Below the pieces are notes generated by a model. It made no database searches. It saw nothing but the letters and a program-made list of their open reading frames with translations, and was not told the origin of the DNA. A stretch of DNA of 64,000 nt, taken from Eledone cirrhosa. Lineage: Eukaryota. How positions within the stretch are numbered: position 1 is the stretch's first letter; each line of letters opens with the position of its first letter. The stretch covers positions 35,402,001 to 35,466,000 of the forward strand of contig OZ024745.1 of assembly GCA_964016885.1 (NCBI GenBank), read 5' to 3'. The position numbers and the translations under genes were made by a program. Positions 26,187 to 38,587 of the stretch are shown in pieces.

Positions 26187-26188
<2 letters not shown>
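25505..26188 (+). CDS. LINE reverse transcriptase, C-terminal part (RTE type)
   Basis: GLRMNETKT, FLYLG, SVLLYGSETWTL, RRLRLAGH, RRGRPRLTYVD, DRDRWR. Confidence 0.9.
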
Positions 26189-26234
<46 letters not shown>

Positions 26235-26239
<5 letters not shown>

Positions 26240-26649
26240 AGAAAACGAAAAATCAGTGATGAATCTGGACTTACTTTATTTCTTGTTACAAATGTTTCGC
26301 CGGCATGTAGCTCGAGTCATGGTCCTTGTATGGATCTGGCTGATTCTACTTCTGCGGGTTCTTTCAGACACGGGCATTATGTCCGGAGCAAATTTTATCA
26401 CTTGATAAAATTTGTTCCGGACATAATGCCCGTGTCTGAAAGAACCCGCAGAAGTAGAATCAGCCAGATCCATACAAGGACCATGACTCGAGCTACATGC
26501 CGGCGAAACATTTGTAACAAGAAATAAAGTAAGTCCAGATTCATCACTGATTTTTCGTTTTCTTTATACTATCTACACTCTATTCTGCTGAATATCGAGT
26601 GCTAATTTTGGCATACCGCCTACGGAAGCACCATAGCTACCACTATACG

Positions 26650-26652
<3 letters not shown>
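26235..26652. repeat. Family E fold-back element (arms 26235-26400 and 26403-26568, plus tail)
   Basis: 166 bp near-perfect inverted repeat with a 2 nt loop, inside (TA)n. Relatives at 39205-39548 and 47393-47570. Confidence 0.9.
26431..26521 (+). ncRNA. Hammerhead-like motif with CUGAAAGA core and long stem II (family E)
   Basis: CGTGT-CTGAAAGA-(about 60 nt)-GAAAC-ATTT-GTA-ACAAG; mirrored on - in the left arm. Confidence 0.5.
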
Positions 26653-26692
<40 letters not shown>

Positions 26693-26696
<4 letters not shown>

Positions 26697-27800
26697 GTGT
26701 GCCATAAAAAGTAAGTTCACAATACAAACGCTCCCTGTATATTTTCCCATTATAAATGCCTCAATTGGTAACACAAAACACATTCTGTATAAAATAAATT
26801 ATTTTGAGCCTTGCCTATATCATGGTGATTATAGTGGAAAGTGTGATTATGTTGCATGAAATCATGAAAAACCGAAATCAAATATGACCATACAATAATT
26901 ATTTATTTTATTAATCCATTATAGTTAGTAAACCAGCTTTGAATATAAAGGCGTACAAGGAAGAAACAAGTTCAGTTAAGTTAACTCCAACAATATTTTT
27001 TTCAGAGTTTCTTTTTTGAAATCCGTGACCTTGCGACGATGAGCTTCGACTACTTGAAGAACACACTGCTTCTCCTCCTCATTCTTGGTGATGGCAACAA
27101 AATCAGTTATCAACTTGACTGCTCTCTCCGCCAGATCATTGACTACCTTGATATTGTGAACAACAGCACAGGCATTTTGATATGACGCTTGTGATGACCA
27201 AGTTGCATGTGACAGCTCAAGCCAAGTAGCGTCGAGACCAAGGAGATTGAACAGAAGCCTTGATTTCTTCCCAACTAGATGAAGCAGCTTCGTGGACGAC
27301 TTCAACTCGGGAAATACTGGAGCACCACGGTCGAGAGGCCCAGACGTTTTCGTTTTGACAAGACGTTGGGCTATTTCTTTCTTCTCGGACTCTTGGACCC
27401 GACTTGAAAACAGCGCTAGCGGAATGGCTTCCTCCGTCAGGTACCAAAGATGCCTTCTCAGAGCAGTAGTGGCTGCTTGCGAGAGATCTCTGTCAACCCT
27501 ACTGTACTGTGTCAACTCCACGTAGAATTGAAGGTCATTGGATGGTGCATCAGCACACTTGACTGCTGTCAGCCAGTATCGCACGTAGAACAGAGCATTG
27601 AACATACAGATCCGGCGCAACTTTTCCATTTTAGATTGATCGTAATTGAGTCGCTCACCAAATGCATACCTCTTTGCACTATAGATGATTGCGGACATCC
27701 ACCGAGCGTTATGATGTGCACCAGGCAGCATCCAATGAATTCCACGAGGAGTTGGTGCCTGTCCATGTGCAGGTTTAACGCCTCTTGTCCACGTAATTCC
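26693..27800 (-). mobile_element. DNA transposon 3' fragment (hAT-like, possibly hATm)
   Basis: Transposase C-terminus followed by a 3' region ending at a TAGAGTGTGCC terminus next to (TA)n. Confidence 0.6.
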
Positions 27801-27830
27801 GTAACCCACTGCTATACCCTGATTGCGCAT
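26976..27830 (-). CDS. Transposase C-terminal fragment
   Basis: PGAHHNARWM..IIY, APSNDL, RHLWYLTEE..PLALF, VVNDLAERAVKL, LQVVEAHR. The first ~25 residues are probably not genuine. Confidence 0.7.
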   Translation of the reverse strand: MRNQGIAVGYGITWTRGVKPAHGQAPTPRGIHWMLPGAHHNARWMSAIIYSAKRYAFGERLNYDQSKMEKLRRICMFNALFYVRYWLTAVKCADAPSNDLQFYVELTQYSRVDRDLSQAATTALRRHLWYLTEEAIPLALFSSRVQESEKKEIAQRLVKTKTSGPLDRGAPVFPELKSSTKLLHLVGKKSRLLFNLLGLDATWLELSHATWSSQASYQNACAVVHNIKVVNDLAERAVKLITDFVAITKNEEEKQCVLQVVEAHRRKVTDFKKETLKKILLELT

Positions 27831-28496
27831 ACTATGGGGGGGGGGGGATAAAACCCCTTTGGACCTTCTGAAAGTACCTTATGGTCTCATAGTATTTCTA
27901 TGACTCTAAGTCATGGGAAGCTAAACCACCTGTCTTCTATAGTAACCAATGCATACCCTCTTTTGTTGCTTTTGTGTGCTTTCACATGCCTCAATTTCTG
28001 TTTTCCCGCCTTTTTTAAAATTATATTTTTAAAATTATTTTTTAATTTTTTAATTTTTAAAAAAATTATCTTTAATTGCTTTTGATTGCTTTTGCGTGAC
28101 TTCACATGCCTCAGTCTCTTGTGAGAAAATCTGCCTGTATTTTTGTATTCTCATGTTTTGCTAAAATGTTGACTAACGACCCCATTACGCATTCTCTCCA
28201 TCCTTCTCATATCCAATCTCCCTCTTATTATCCTGTACTGTATCTCTACTGTTCTGGTCACTAAGCTTGATAGAGCTTATATTCAGAACTATATTTTTGT
28301 TTATAACGCTCTGATGATTCCTGCCCCACGGTATGAATGAAACATTGTTAGTGAATAAAAATTGTATGAGTATGTAGGCGTTCTTTGATTTATTTTATCT
28401 ATAACGGCTCTGTTTTTGTACATTGAGCTAATACGATACTGTCACAAATACGACATTGTGCAGGTGTGTTTATGCACATATGCTCCGTTGTCTACG

Positions 28497-28545
<49 letters not shown>

Positions 28546-28547
<2 letters not shown>

Positions 28548-28994
28548 TAGCAGATGTACCCGGCGTTGCTCCGGAAATGAATGACAACATGTTTGTCCGT
28601 ATAAAGAGAGACAAAGGTTGAGCAGAGAATTGAAATGTAATTGTAAAAAAAAGTTTCATAAAATGGGTGTACAGTGACATGATTGAGTGAAATAAACGGC
28701 AACATAAAAACAATTCATGGGGTAACTTGAGTTAATTGACGTGAATGATTTCAGGGCCGGCCTTGCTGTATGAGTAAGGGGATAAAGATGGAAGAGACGC
28801 ACCGTATGTCCTTCAGTAGACTAAACCCTATGCGTAAGATGGTGCTGCCACTACCACGTTGACCATCCACTGGACATAGAAATATCATTCCTTGAAGCAA
28901 ATCGGCCTAGTACTTCAAAAGTTAAAAGGAGCCTAGTATTTGTACACAGACAGACAGACAGACAGACACACACACACACAGACCGACTTGCTTT

Positions 28995-29000
<6 letters not shown>
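28546..29000 (-). mobile_element. Non-autonomous Helitron-like element
   Basis: Minus-strand 3' end ...GCAACGCCGGGTACATCTG-CTAG|T (GC-rich subterminal segment plus CTAG); (GACA)n and TTTTATATATA near the other end. Confidence 0.7.
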
Positions 29001-29026
<26 letters not shown>

Positions 29027-29160
29027 TATATGTAGGAGGTGAGTTTTATTGTAGTACAATAAAGCAATGCAGATATCGGATAAGAAGCACTCTACAGTTT
29101 GTAGGACTGGAGTATGCATAATATAAAAAACTAATGAAAAAACTAACCATCTTTTGATCT

Positions 29161-29218
<58 letters not shown>

Positions 29219-29219
29219 T

Positions 29220-29973
29220 TATTAAAATAACAGATTAAAGTTTAAGCCAAGAATCGCTGCTTTCACCCTTAACGGGATCTTCTGAAACTAACAAAGTCAA
29301 TCTGTAAACGCAGAACAGGATATTTAAAAAAACGTTGCAACCGGAGGAAGACAGGAAGACGATACTTTGGTTCGTGGAAACGTTCGCTGGCAAAGAACGG
29401 GAAAAAACGAATAATACGTCATTAAAAGGAGCGGTGAAAAACAATTACGCGCAAAGACAGAACCACGTTTATGGTATAAAAGAGGTCGTAGACTAATGTT
29501 CTCTTAGGTGGTGCATAGAGACGTTCACTGGCAATGAACGAAAAAATGAAGATAATAAGTCATATGTGGAGCGTAGAGAACAATAGCACGCAAAGACAAA
29601 ACCACGTAAATGGTATAGCAGAAGTCGTAGACTAAAATTCTAACTAGGAGACCAAATGAATCTCCGCTACAGAGTTAAGAACAAAGTAAATAAATACAAT
29701 ACAGAAGTAATAGAAATAAATAAATACATACACGCAAACAAATACGTACATACACAAGCATACGCAAAACCTTACCATAGGTATACAAAACCACGCACAT
29801 ATAAATATGTGTGTGTGTATGCTTGTGTACAAATAAATAAATAATTATATAAACATATATAAGTAAATAAAAACGTATATAACAAACGCACACACATACC
29901 TACATATAAATACACGAATGTTCGGAGACCGAGCCCTCTTTGGATTTTAGTCTTCAATTTTATTATTATTACT
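29220..29973. mobile_element. Family M interspersed element (inverted homologue at 42780-43393)
   Basis: Long reverse-complement similarity; fragments at 38481-38555 and 43988-44035; flanked by (TA)n. Confidence 0.75.
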
Positions 29974-29993
29974 ATATATATTTATATATATAT

Positions 29994-30368
29994 ATATTAT
30001 TCAGAATATTAATAAATGAAGACATTCACATAGTCATAATATATGTTTTATTATATATATCTCGAAGGTACTGTGCTTTTTTTTCGGTACATCCTCGTCA
30101 AATAAAATACATGAATTGAACCATCAAGACCGTTGAGGTATGTAACACATCAATTCATGTATTTTATCTGACGAGGACGTACTGAAAAAACAGCACAGTA
30201 CCTTCGAAATATATATATAATAAAACATATATTTTGCTTATGTGAATGTCTTCATTTATTAATATTCTGAATAATATTAATAACTCCAGAAAACTTCATT
30301 GTAGAGTGCCTTTAATCTATTGTAAAACTACATTCATGGAGTAATCAATGAACCATATTAATCTTTGG

Positions 30369-30370
<2 letters not shown>
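29994..30370. repeat. Family F fold-back element (arms 29994-30119 and 30150-30277, plus tail)
   Basis: Imperfect inverted repeat between (TA)n runs. Confidence 0.85.
30160..30226 (+). ncRNA. Minimal type I hammerhead ribozyme (family F)
   Basis: TTTTAT-CTGACGA-ggacgtactg..cagtaccttc-GAAA-tatatata-TA-ATAAAA. Confidence 0.75.
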
Positions 30371-30428
<58 letters not shown>

Positions 30429-30598
30429 ATAGGTATACTAAGTGAATTCCCGATGTATATCGGGATATGACTGCAGTAAAAAAGGTACTCAATACATAAG
30501 TAGGTTATAGGGATCTATATTTCAGGACGTTCGTAAGAAATCCTCAGACAAAATCTGATGATTTCTTACGAAAGAAACAGCTCTAAACCTGTACAATA

Positions 30599-30698
<100 letters not shown>

Positions 30699-30747
30699 AA
30701 GAATGAAGAGTAACATGGTTGGCTGTACAATAAGGGCTTTATTTAAA

Positions 30748-30858
30748 GTACTGACAATTGTTTCGTTGATCAGGTGAGTCTAGAGTTCGCTAATCACTTG
30801 AGGTTGCGTCATTCCATCTCCAATACATTATTTACTTCTGGTCAACACATCAGAGTAC
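30748..30858 (-). ncRNA. Hammerhead-like motif in the pLTR of element 2 (family G, long stem II)
   Basis: GTACT-CTGATGT-gttga..(about 80 nt)..tcaac-GAAAC-AATT-GTC-AGTAC. Confidence 0.6.
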
Positions 30859-30969
30859 GTAGATATAAAAGTAATTCACTCGAGGCAAGACTTATATAGA
30901 AAAATACCGTATAATCAAAACAATAACATCAATAATAAAATAGTGTATAATCAAAACATGGAATAATTA

Positions 30970-32286
30970 TGGAAAGATTACGAAAAAAACATTAGAGTAT
31001 TCTTCAAAAAAACTAGGCCTAAGTATCACTTTCGAATTTAACTCTAAAAAAGCAAATTTCTTAGATGTAATTCTTAACCTAAACACAGGATTAATAGAGC
31101 CCACCCATAAGAATAACGAAAATCTAGCCTACATTAGTTATAACTCAAACCACCCCCGATCCATAATTAACTCCGTAGCACATAGTATATCCCTCAGAAT
31201 ATCCCGCCTATCTTCGAACCTAGACATTTTTAACGAACACGCAAAATATTATAACATAGCTTTACATAAGGCTGGACATAAGGAGAAGCTGGAATACATA
31301 CTAGATAGAGACAACAACAACAAACCTAACGACAACAACACAACCCGCTCATATAGAAATAACAAGCATAGAACTAGAAAACGAGCACCAAAAATAACCG
31401 AACAGAACACTATTATAAGGATCCCCCAAAACTATAGAAGATCCAGAGATAGAAAGTACCTATGGTTCAATCCAATATTCAACTCCTCTATAAAAACTAA
31501 ACTACCTTCTACATTCTTTAAACGAATAGATAAGCACTTCCCTACACTACACAAATACCATAACATCTTTAATAGAAAAACCATAAAACTGTCCTACTCT
31601 ACTGCAGCCAACATAGAATGGTACAAACGTAAGATCAACCACAAAAAATATCTCTAAAGAAATTAACCTACCAACATGCACCATAGCACCAAACACAAAA
31701 CACATAACAACATCACAACCACAAACCCATCAGAACGTTTCACAACAAAACATTAATAGGCCTAAATCACAACCCACCCACAACAACTTACAAAACCGCA
31801 ACGATGAACCTGCACAAAGTAAAACCTCAAATTGTAATTGCCACCTACCGGATAAGATGCCTGGATTCGAGTATGGTATACCTGTGTACTGTAAATTCAG
31901 GCAACTCTACTTGGCACTACATATGTTCCACGGCTGGGGAGTTCAAGAAAAAGTGGTACGTCCACAGGCCCTCCATGAAGAACCGTGAACTGGAGAACTC
32001 TACGATGCTCGCCAATAAAATCTGGCAGCTTAAGGACAAAAACCTAGAATATAAGAAGATTAGCTGGTCAAAATTATCGGTAGCAAAAGCCTACATCAAC
32101 GGAATGTCCCACTGCGGGCTTTGTAATTTAGAACTTCTACATATTTTAAGGTACGATGGGATGCTGCTTAACAGCAAAATAGAAAGATCAATTTTCTGTA
32201 GGCATAAAATAGCTACTAGATTCACAAACTTCAAACCACCAGCAATCCCAAAATTAGTACTGGACCACCTAGATTTTAACATATAG
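30970..32286 (+). pseudogene. Penelope-like RT C-terminus plus GIY-YIG endonuclease, frameshifted
   Basis: Hand translation: KANFLDVILNLNTG..YISYNSNHPRS..LRISRLSSN..YYNIALHKAG..YLWFNP..IFNRKTIKLSYST. ORF 31804-32286 has MVYLC..YICST..CGLCNLE..LLNSKIE..CRH. Confidence 0.88.
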
Positions 32287-33219
32287 AATACATACCATCG
32301 CACTGCTATTAGCTATCAAACGGCTAACTGGTCACTGGATCATAAATCTCTGAACATTTCTTTCACCCTCTCTCCCTGAAACAGCATCAACCCCATTAAG
32401 ATAGAACATTTAGCAAAACATTTACAACAAACGTTTATCAAATGTCCCGTCATCCCTAGCCCATAAATATCTTATATGTATCCACCAATTAATCTCTAAT
32501 TTATTGTCTTTTCTTTTATCTGTCACTACATCGGACCCTCTACACGTATCTATGTACATCTCGAATCTGGTTTCCCATGTTAGCACTAAACCCACCAACG
32601 AATCCTTATAAGAACACTTACTTAAAAACTAATTCTAACATACTATGTACTTATTCGCTCTCACTTATTTCTTTCTTTATATTTTCCATTTTCTCATTTT
32701 CTTACTTTTTAATGTACCCTATCTTATATTTTACTTTTTACTTTTTACATCTGCAGCTTCTCTATCTATTTACCATATATGTTTTATTATTGATGCTATT
32801 GTTTTGATTATACGCTATATTATTGATGTTATTGTTTTGATTATACGGTATTTTTCTATATAAGTCTTGCCTCGAGTGAATTACTTTCATATCTACGTAA
32901 ATACATTATTTACTAGAGGTAAATAATGTATTGGAGATCGAATGACGCAACCTCAAGCGATTATCGAACTCTAGACTCACCTGATCAACGAAACGATTGT
33001 CAGTACTTTAAATAAAGCCCTTATTGTACAGCCAACCATGTTACTCTACATTCTTTAACTATTATTACTCCAAGCATAACCTTCATAGAAATTACCGCAA
33101 CTCGCTGCATAACTATGGAAACATCTTGTTGAGTCAAACAAAGCCGTACGTTAAAACTATCCACGACGCAGAGTACTCACAACCTCTAAATGGATTACCT
33201 ATAACGATAACTTGTTATA

Positions 33220-33319
<100 letters not shown>

Positions 33320-33756
33320 GTATGTATATATATATACGGTGACTGTATTTATCTGATATTCCACGAATAAGATACATTAAAAAAACAACAAAACAATGCT
33401 TTATAGAATTACCACACAGAGAAAATTGAATTTTTTGACATATTGTGCGGATTATTGAATGGACACAACTTCTTCTGCAGTAATTCCTCAGTTTTATTAA
33501 ATTATGATATTTAATGATCGCTGTTTCGATACACGAAAATAGGAAAGCAAATAACGATATTCCATAATATCCACATGCTCGCAACCACGCAGAGACATCC
33601 TATTTCACATACAGCGACACACACACATATATATATATACTTATATTTAAAACCACACACACACACATACACAGTATGTTTGAACGCTACACTTCTGTGT
33701 GAAAAGCGACGTCCAAAATATGTTGCATAGTTTGTTTTATTTAGACAAACATATTC

Positions 33757-33812
<56 letters not shown>

Positions 33813-33934
33813 TATATATACATATGTATGTTCGTATGTCCAGATCGCAAACTCTCTTTCAATTTTACCTACTCTCTCTCTCCCCCTCTCTGTGTATATA
33901 TATATATATATACATATTCTCTCTTTCTCTCTCT

Positions 33935-34006
<72 letters not shown>

Positions 34007-34132
34007 CCCTTATCTGAGTTATCTCCCTTACAACTCCCGCACGCAGTCTAGTATTGCCTGTGTGAAGTGACCGAGTTTCTGCGCATGCGCGTTCGTACGG
34101 TTGTCCTTCCTGTTCCTATAACCATACACATC

Positions 34133-34172
34133 CCGAGCTGAAGATCCGCGAAGGTGAAACAATTGTTCTCGG
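34133..34172 (+). ncRNA. Compact minimal type I hammerhead (family H) in a TA-flanked element at about 34004-34270
   Basis: CCGAG-CTGAAGA-tccgcgaaggt-GAAAC-AATT-GTT-CTCGG. Confidence 0.75.
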
Positions 34173-34798
34173 TATGGTGAACTAACTGTTGTGTAACCAC
34201 TTCTACCTAACTCGTCCCTTGGACTGAGTGCTCCACCACTACGGATATCACCTTCCAGTGTTCCACCACTATATATATATATATATTTATATATATGTAT
34301 ACATGGGCTTCCTGTCTCTGTATTTGAACACTATGTAGAGGAACGTTACGGCGATGAGTAGCTCCAGGATTCCCTCGAGTTATTCGCTTCCAGAAATACA
34401 CAAGTACATTAAAATAAACATATCTGTATATGTTTGTGATATTTTCTTTGCGTGAGACCGAATTCATGTAAAATATAATGTCCGTCTCTATTTGTGAATG
34501 GACTGTATATATGATCGTATGTGTATTTCAGAATAAACGCGCTTAACAGGATTGTTAGAGAAACCCTAGCTTTGAAGTTGATAGTATCATATCATATTGT
34601 TTATAGGATCAAGAGAAAAAAACAAGCGTATAATCAAATTGTCCATACATAATGTATTCACATAAATATGAATAGATATGAATGCATATTCACACACGCT
34701 CACCCGCATATATTTATATATATATCATCATCATCATCATCATCATCATCAACATCGTTTAACGTCTATCTTCCACGCTAGCATGGGTTTATATATAT

Positions 34799-34840
<42 letters not shown>

Positions 34841-35205
34841 GCACATGTATATCTACGCATGAAACTATTTATTTCAATATATATATATATATATATGTGT
34901 GTGTGGTGTGTGTGTGTGTGTATATTCTTATACGTGTACATATATATCTATATATACGTGTACATATATATATATGTATACATTAACCGGGAAATATTGT
35001 TGTGTGCAGACCCACATACTTTTACGTGTGTATGTGTGCTTCAATGTGTGTAAAAACATATATATTCAAAATCACATAAACATTTACGTTTTTCAAAGCA
35101 TCTAAATACCATTATGCCTATGGTACAAAAGTTATCAAATTATTATTTTGTGCCTTAATGGGACAAATGCTTTAAAAAAAAATCAGGCTATTTCAAATAA
35201 CAATG

Positions 35206-35274
<69 letters not shown>

Positions 35275-36336
35275 ACAACAACAACAATAATACTGACAGA
35301 ATATGTTTGAGCCTAAAAAAGGATGCGACAAGGGAAAAACGAATTCTCTTTTTGTAGAGACGATAACTTATGTTTAGTTTGGTCTCCAGAGAGCTGAATA
35401 AATGATATATTAGTTTTAACAATTAATCGGTTCCCTTGTAGTCGAACTTCACTGATCTGCAAATAGTAATTGGTCAAGAGTATTTAATAAAATTTGCTTA
35501 AGTGAGAGTATCCAGTTGGAAATTAGATAAATATTTGAGTCGTTGTTGCTCTTTGCTGCTCATGTCGTTGTATTATTATTAAATAACGAGCCATTTGTTG
35601 GTTCAGCGTTAACATTCTGTTGCATTTAGAATTATCTTTATCAGAAGATTTACTTTGAAAATATAATAATAAAAGAATTCACACACACACACACTCAAAC
35701 GCAGAAACTCACACGCAAAAAACATATATACACGCACGCACACAAATATCTCTATATATTATTGTTACAGAATACCCTGCGGTCAAGCGTAAACCATTTG
35801 AAGGAAAAAAAAGGAAGGAAAACGAAATGTGCCATCGAATCAGTTTAAACTTGAACGTCGGCTTCTGTAGCCTATAATAATATCTTAACTACTCTTTCTT
35901 TAAGTTTCGAGTACTCAGCTAGTTGTACATAACTAGTAACATCTCAACCACCCCCTCTCCTGTCTCTTCACACGCACACACAGACAAACAAACACACACA
36001 CATACATACATAATTACGCACCCACCCACAGACACAGCCATACACAGACATGCACACACACACACATACACGCACAAGCAAACACACACACAAACTCACA
36101 CACAAACACACACACATACATACACACGAACACACATTTATATGAACCATTGTTGATTGCTCTGATGAGTTTGTTCAATTCAACACCAAATTCCGTAACG
36201 ATACACTCAGCAGCTGATTAACTCCAGTTAGAATAGCACCATATATGGCACGATAATGCGGTATCGTGCATTGCGTGAAGCACTTCGTGGTACTCTGATT
36301 TCGTCAACCTATTAATATAGGCATGTATATATGTAT

Positions 36337-37188
36337 TTCTTCTGGTTTTATAATTTCACAATTTTTTACCAATAGAGAGAGTCGGCTTCTAACATAGACA
36401 CAAGACTCTCATTGGAATTTACACAACATCAACTAGGTAGATATGTATGCATGTGTAGATATGGATGTTATTGTATGTGTGAATGTGTATGTTTTGAGTT
36501 GTATGTGTGCATGTGTCTGCTTTGTATCTGTACATTTGTATATGCAGTTATTAGATGCAAAATCTTTTGAATGTTTTACATATTTTTACTGTTCCATTAA
36601 TGGATTGTACTTGTAATTTCCTAACTAGTTTTGTTCTTTCTGTTCCTTTGAAACCTAGCTTCTCAAGATTTGTATTGAGTCACTTATTAACATACTCTAG
36701 TGCCCCAATAATCACAGCCATAATCTGAAGGTGTAATCAGGGTGGAGTATCTGCCAATTTCTCATCAGTTCTGCATACATATTCTCCTTTTCGCTAATTT
36801 TTGATATTATATTGGCATCTGCTGGGCAGCTAACTTCCACAGCCTTGCATGCTTTCTTTTCCCTATCCCATATCATAATATCTGGTCTGTTATGCCTACA
36901 TTTTATTGGGGATTTTACTGGAACATTCCACCAGTACTCTTTCATATTATGTATATGGATGTCTTCCACATTGCTGTAGCTTTTAATGTGTTTATTATCG
37001 GGGCTATCTTTTCTACGGATTGCATTGTACAGTGTTTTGGCCACTACATCATGCCTTATAGGTAGATAGTACCACGATGACATCTTTGGACAGCTGCTTA
37101 TGACATGAGTAACATCTTCGATGTTAATTCTGCAGAGACTGCACTTGTTATCACATCCAGGTGTTTTGCCTGCATCCCTATCTCTTTT
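36337..37188 (-). mobile_element. 5'-truncated R4/Dong copy (RLE domain plus 3'UTR)
   Basis: High similarity to 13889-14820; ORF 36712-37083 has RHD/HNRPDI/VEVSCP; flanked by (TATG)-like repeats. Confidence 0.88.
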
Positions 37189-37372
37189 GTATGTATGTAT
37201 ATATGTATGTATATATATGTATCTGTGTTTGTGTGTGTATGTGTGTGTGTGTGTGTGTAAACATCAATTGAAAAACCCAACTTTTTACTATACATACAGC
37301 AATCAGGTATTTACAGCTACCCATCGCGCTGACAATCCTACAATTTTATGAGAGTTTATATATATATATATA

Positions 37373-37553
37373 TCCAGGAGATTCCAACCAGAATGGTTGC
37401 ATTTTTTATGGGTATGTCAATATTTATTTATAAAACTAACCTTTATTATATTTTATGTGATGAAAGCGCACCATAGTTTGCTTTGGTGGCCCTTGAAATA
37501 TGTATAATGAAATAAATATGGTTTTATAAATATAGTTTCCATTTGTTAATATA

Positions 37554-37556
<3 letters not shown>
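37373..37556 (+). mobile_element. Solo family A pLTR, hammerhead core mutated (GTGATGA)
   Basis: Matches 59070-59247; lies between TA runs. Confidence 0.8.
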
Positions 37557-37615
<59 letters not shown>

Positions 37616-37645
37616 AAATCAAAAGATGGTTAAAAGAGTTCCATG

Positions 37646-37716
37646 TATTTTATTATGCGCATTTCAAAAACAAATATCATCATGCAATAACATTTGCGTT
37701 TTCGTCAGATAAAATA
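37646..37716 (-). ncRNA. Minimal type I hammerhead (family B, left arm)
   Basis: Reverse complement of 37906-37976. Confidence 0.8.
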
Positions 37717-37905
37717 GGGAGACATGATATGAACGTTAAAACACACTTGTGAATAGTGCAGTTTTAAATCAACATATGAAAAGTAGTTTTAGATTGATGT
37801 GTGATATTATGTGAATATCACACATCAATCTAAAACTACTTTTCATATGTTGATTTAAAACTGCACTATTCACAAGTGTGTTTTAACGTTCATATCATGT
37901 CTCCC

Positions 37906-37976
37906 TATTTTATCTGACGAAAACGCAAATGTTATTGCATGATGATATTTGTTTTTGAAATGCGCATAATAAAATA
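37906..37976 (+). ncRNA. Minimal type I hammerhead (family B, right arm)
   Basis: TATTTTAT-CTGACGA-stem II-GAAA-TGCGCA-TA-ATAAAATA. Confidence 0.85.
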
Positions 37977-38099
37977 CATGGAACTCTTTTAACCATCTTT
38001 TGATCTTATATATTATTTATACTCCAGTCCTACAAACTGTAGAGTGCTACCTATGCGATATCTGCATTGCTTTATTGTACTACAATAAAACTCACCTCC

Positions 38100-38144
<45 letters not shown>

Positions 38145-38225
38145 CTGTCGAAACAGCCGGAGCTCAGCCGTCGGGGTCCTTAATATTTTCCTACACACAC
38201 ACACACACGCAAACACATATATATT

Positions 38226-38461
38226 GTTATATTTGGGGAGGGGAGTGTCATATTGTTATAATATTGCCAGAAATAATAACAGAACACACTGACTGTTTGG
38301 TTTTCGCTTCTGTATATTTTATATCTCCATAGTTAATTTATCTGTTAAACATTGATTGCCAGATAAATCAACTATGAAGATATAAAATATACAGAAGTGA
38401 AGACCAGTACTGTTATTATTTCTGGCTATATTATAACAATATGACCCTCCCCAAATATAAC
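38226..38461. mobile_element. MITE-like element with TIR GTTATAYTTGGGGAGGG..TCATATT
   Basis: Almost fully palindromic; the same TIRs bound 41385-42047. Confidence 0.75.
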
Positions 38462-38587
38462 AATATATATATATATATATATAATAAATGTGATCCGTTA
38501 TGGGTGAAAGCACCGATTCTTTGCTTAAACTTTAATATGTTATTTTAATGAATAAATAAATAAATAAATATATATATATATATATAT

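Larger units (their letters stand above)
23488..26188 (+). mobile_element. RTE-clade LINE, 5'-truncated, interrupted by a low-complexity insert
   Basis: Two ORFs join into one RT protein; a (TA)n tail follows the stop codon directly. Confidence 0.85.
37618..38102. repeat. Family B fold-back element (191 bp arms 37618-37808 and 37814-38004, plus tail)
   Basis: Apparently perfect inverted repeat with a 5 nt loop; the tail recurs inverted at 29031-29115. Confidence 0.92.
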
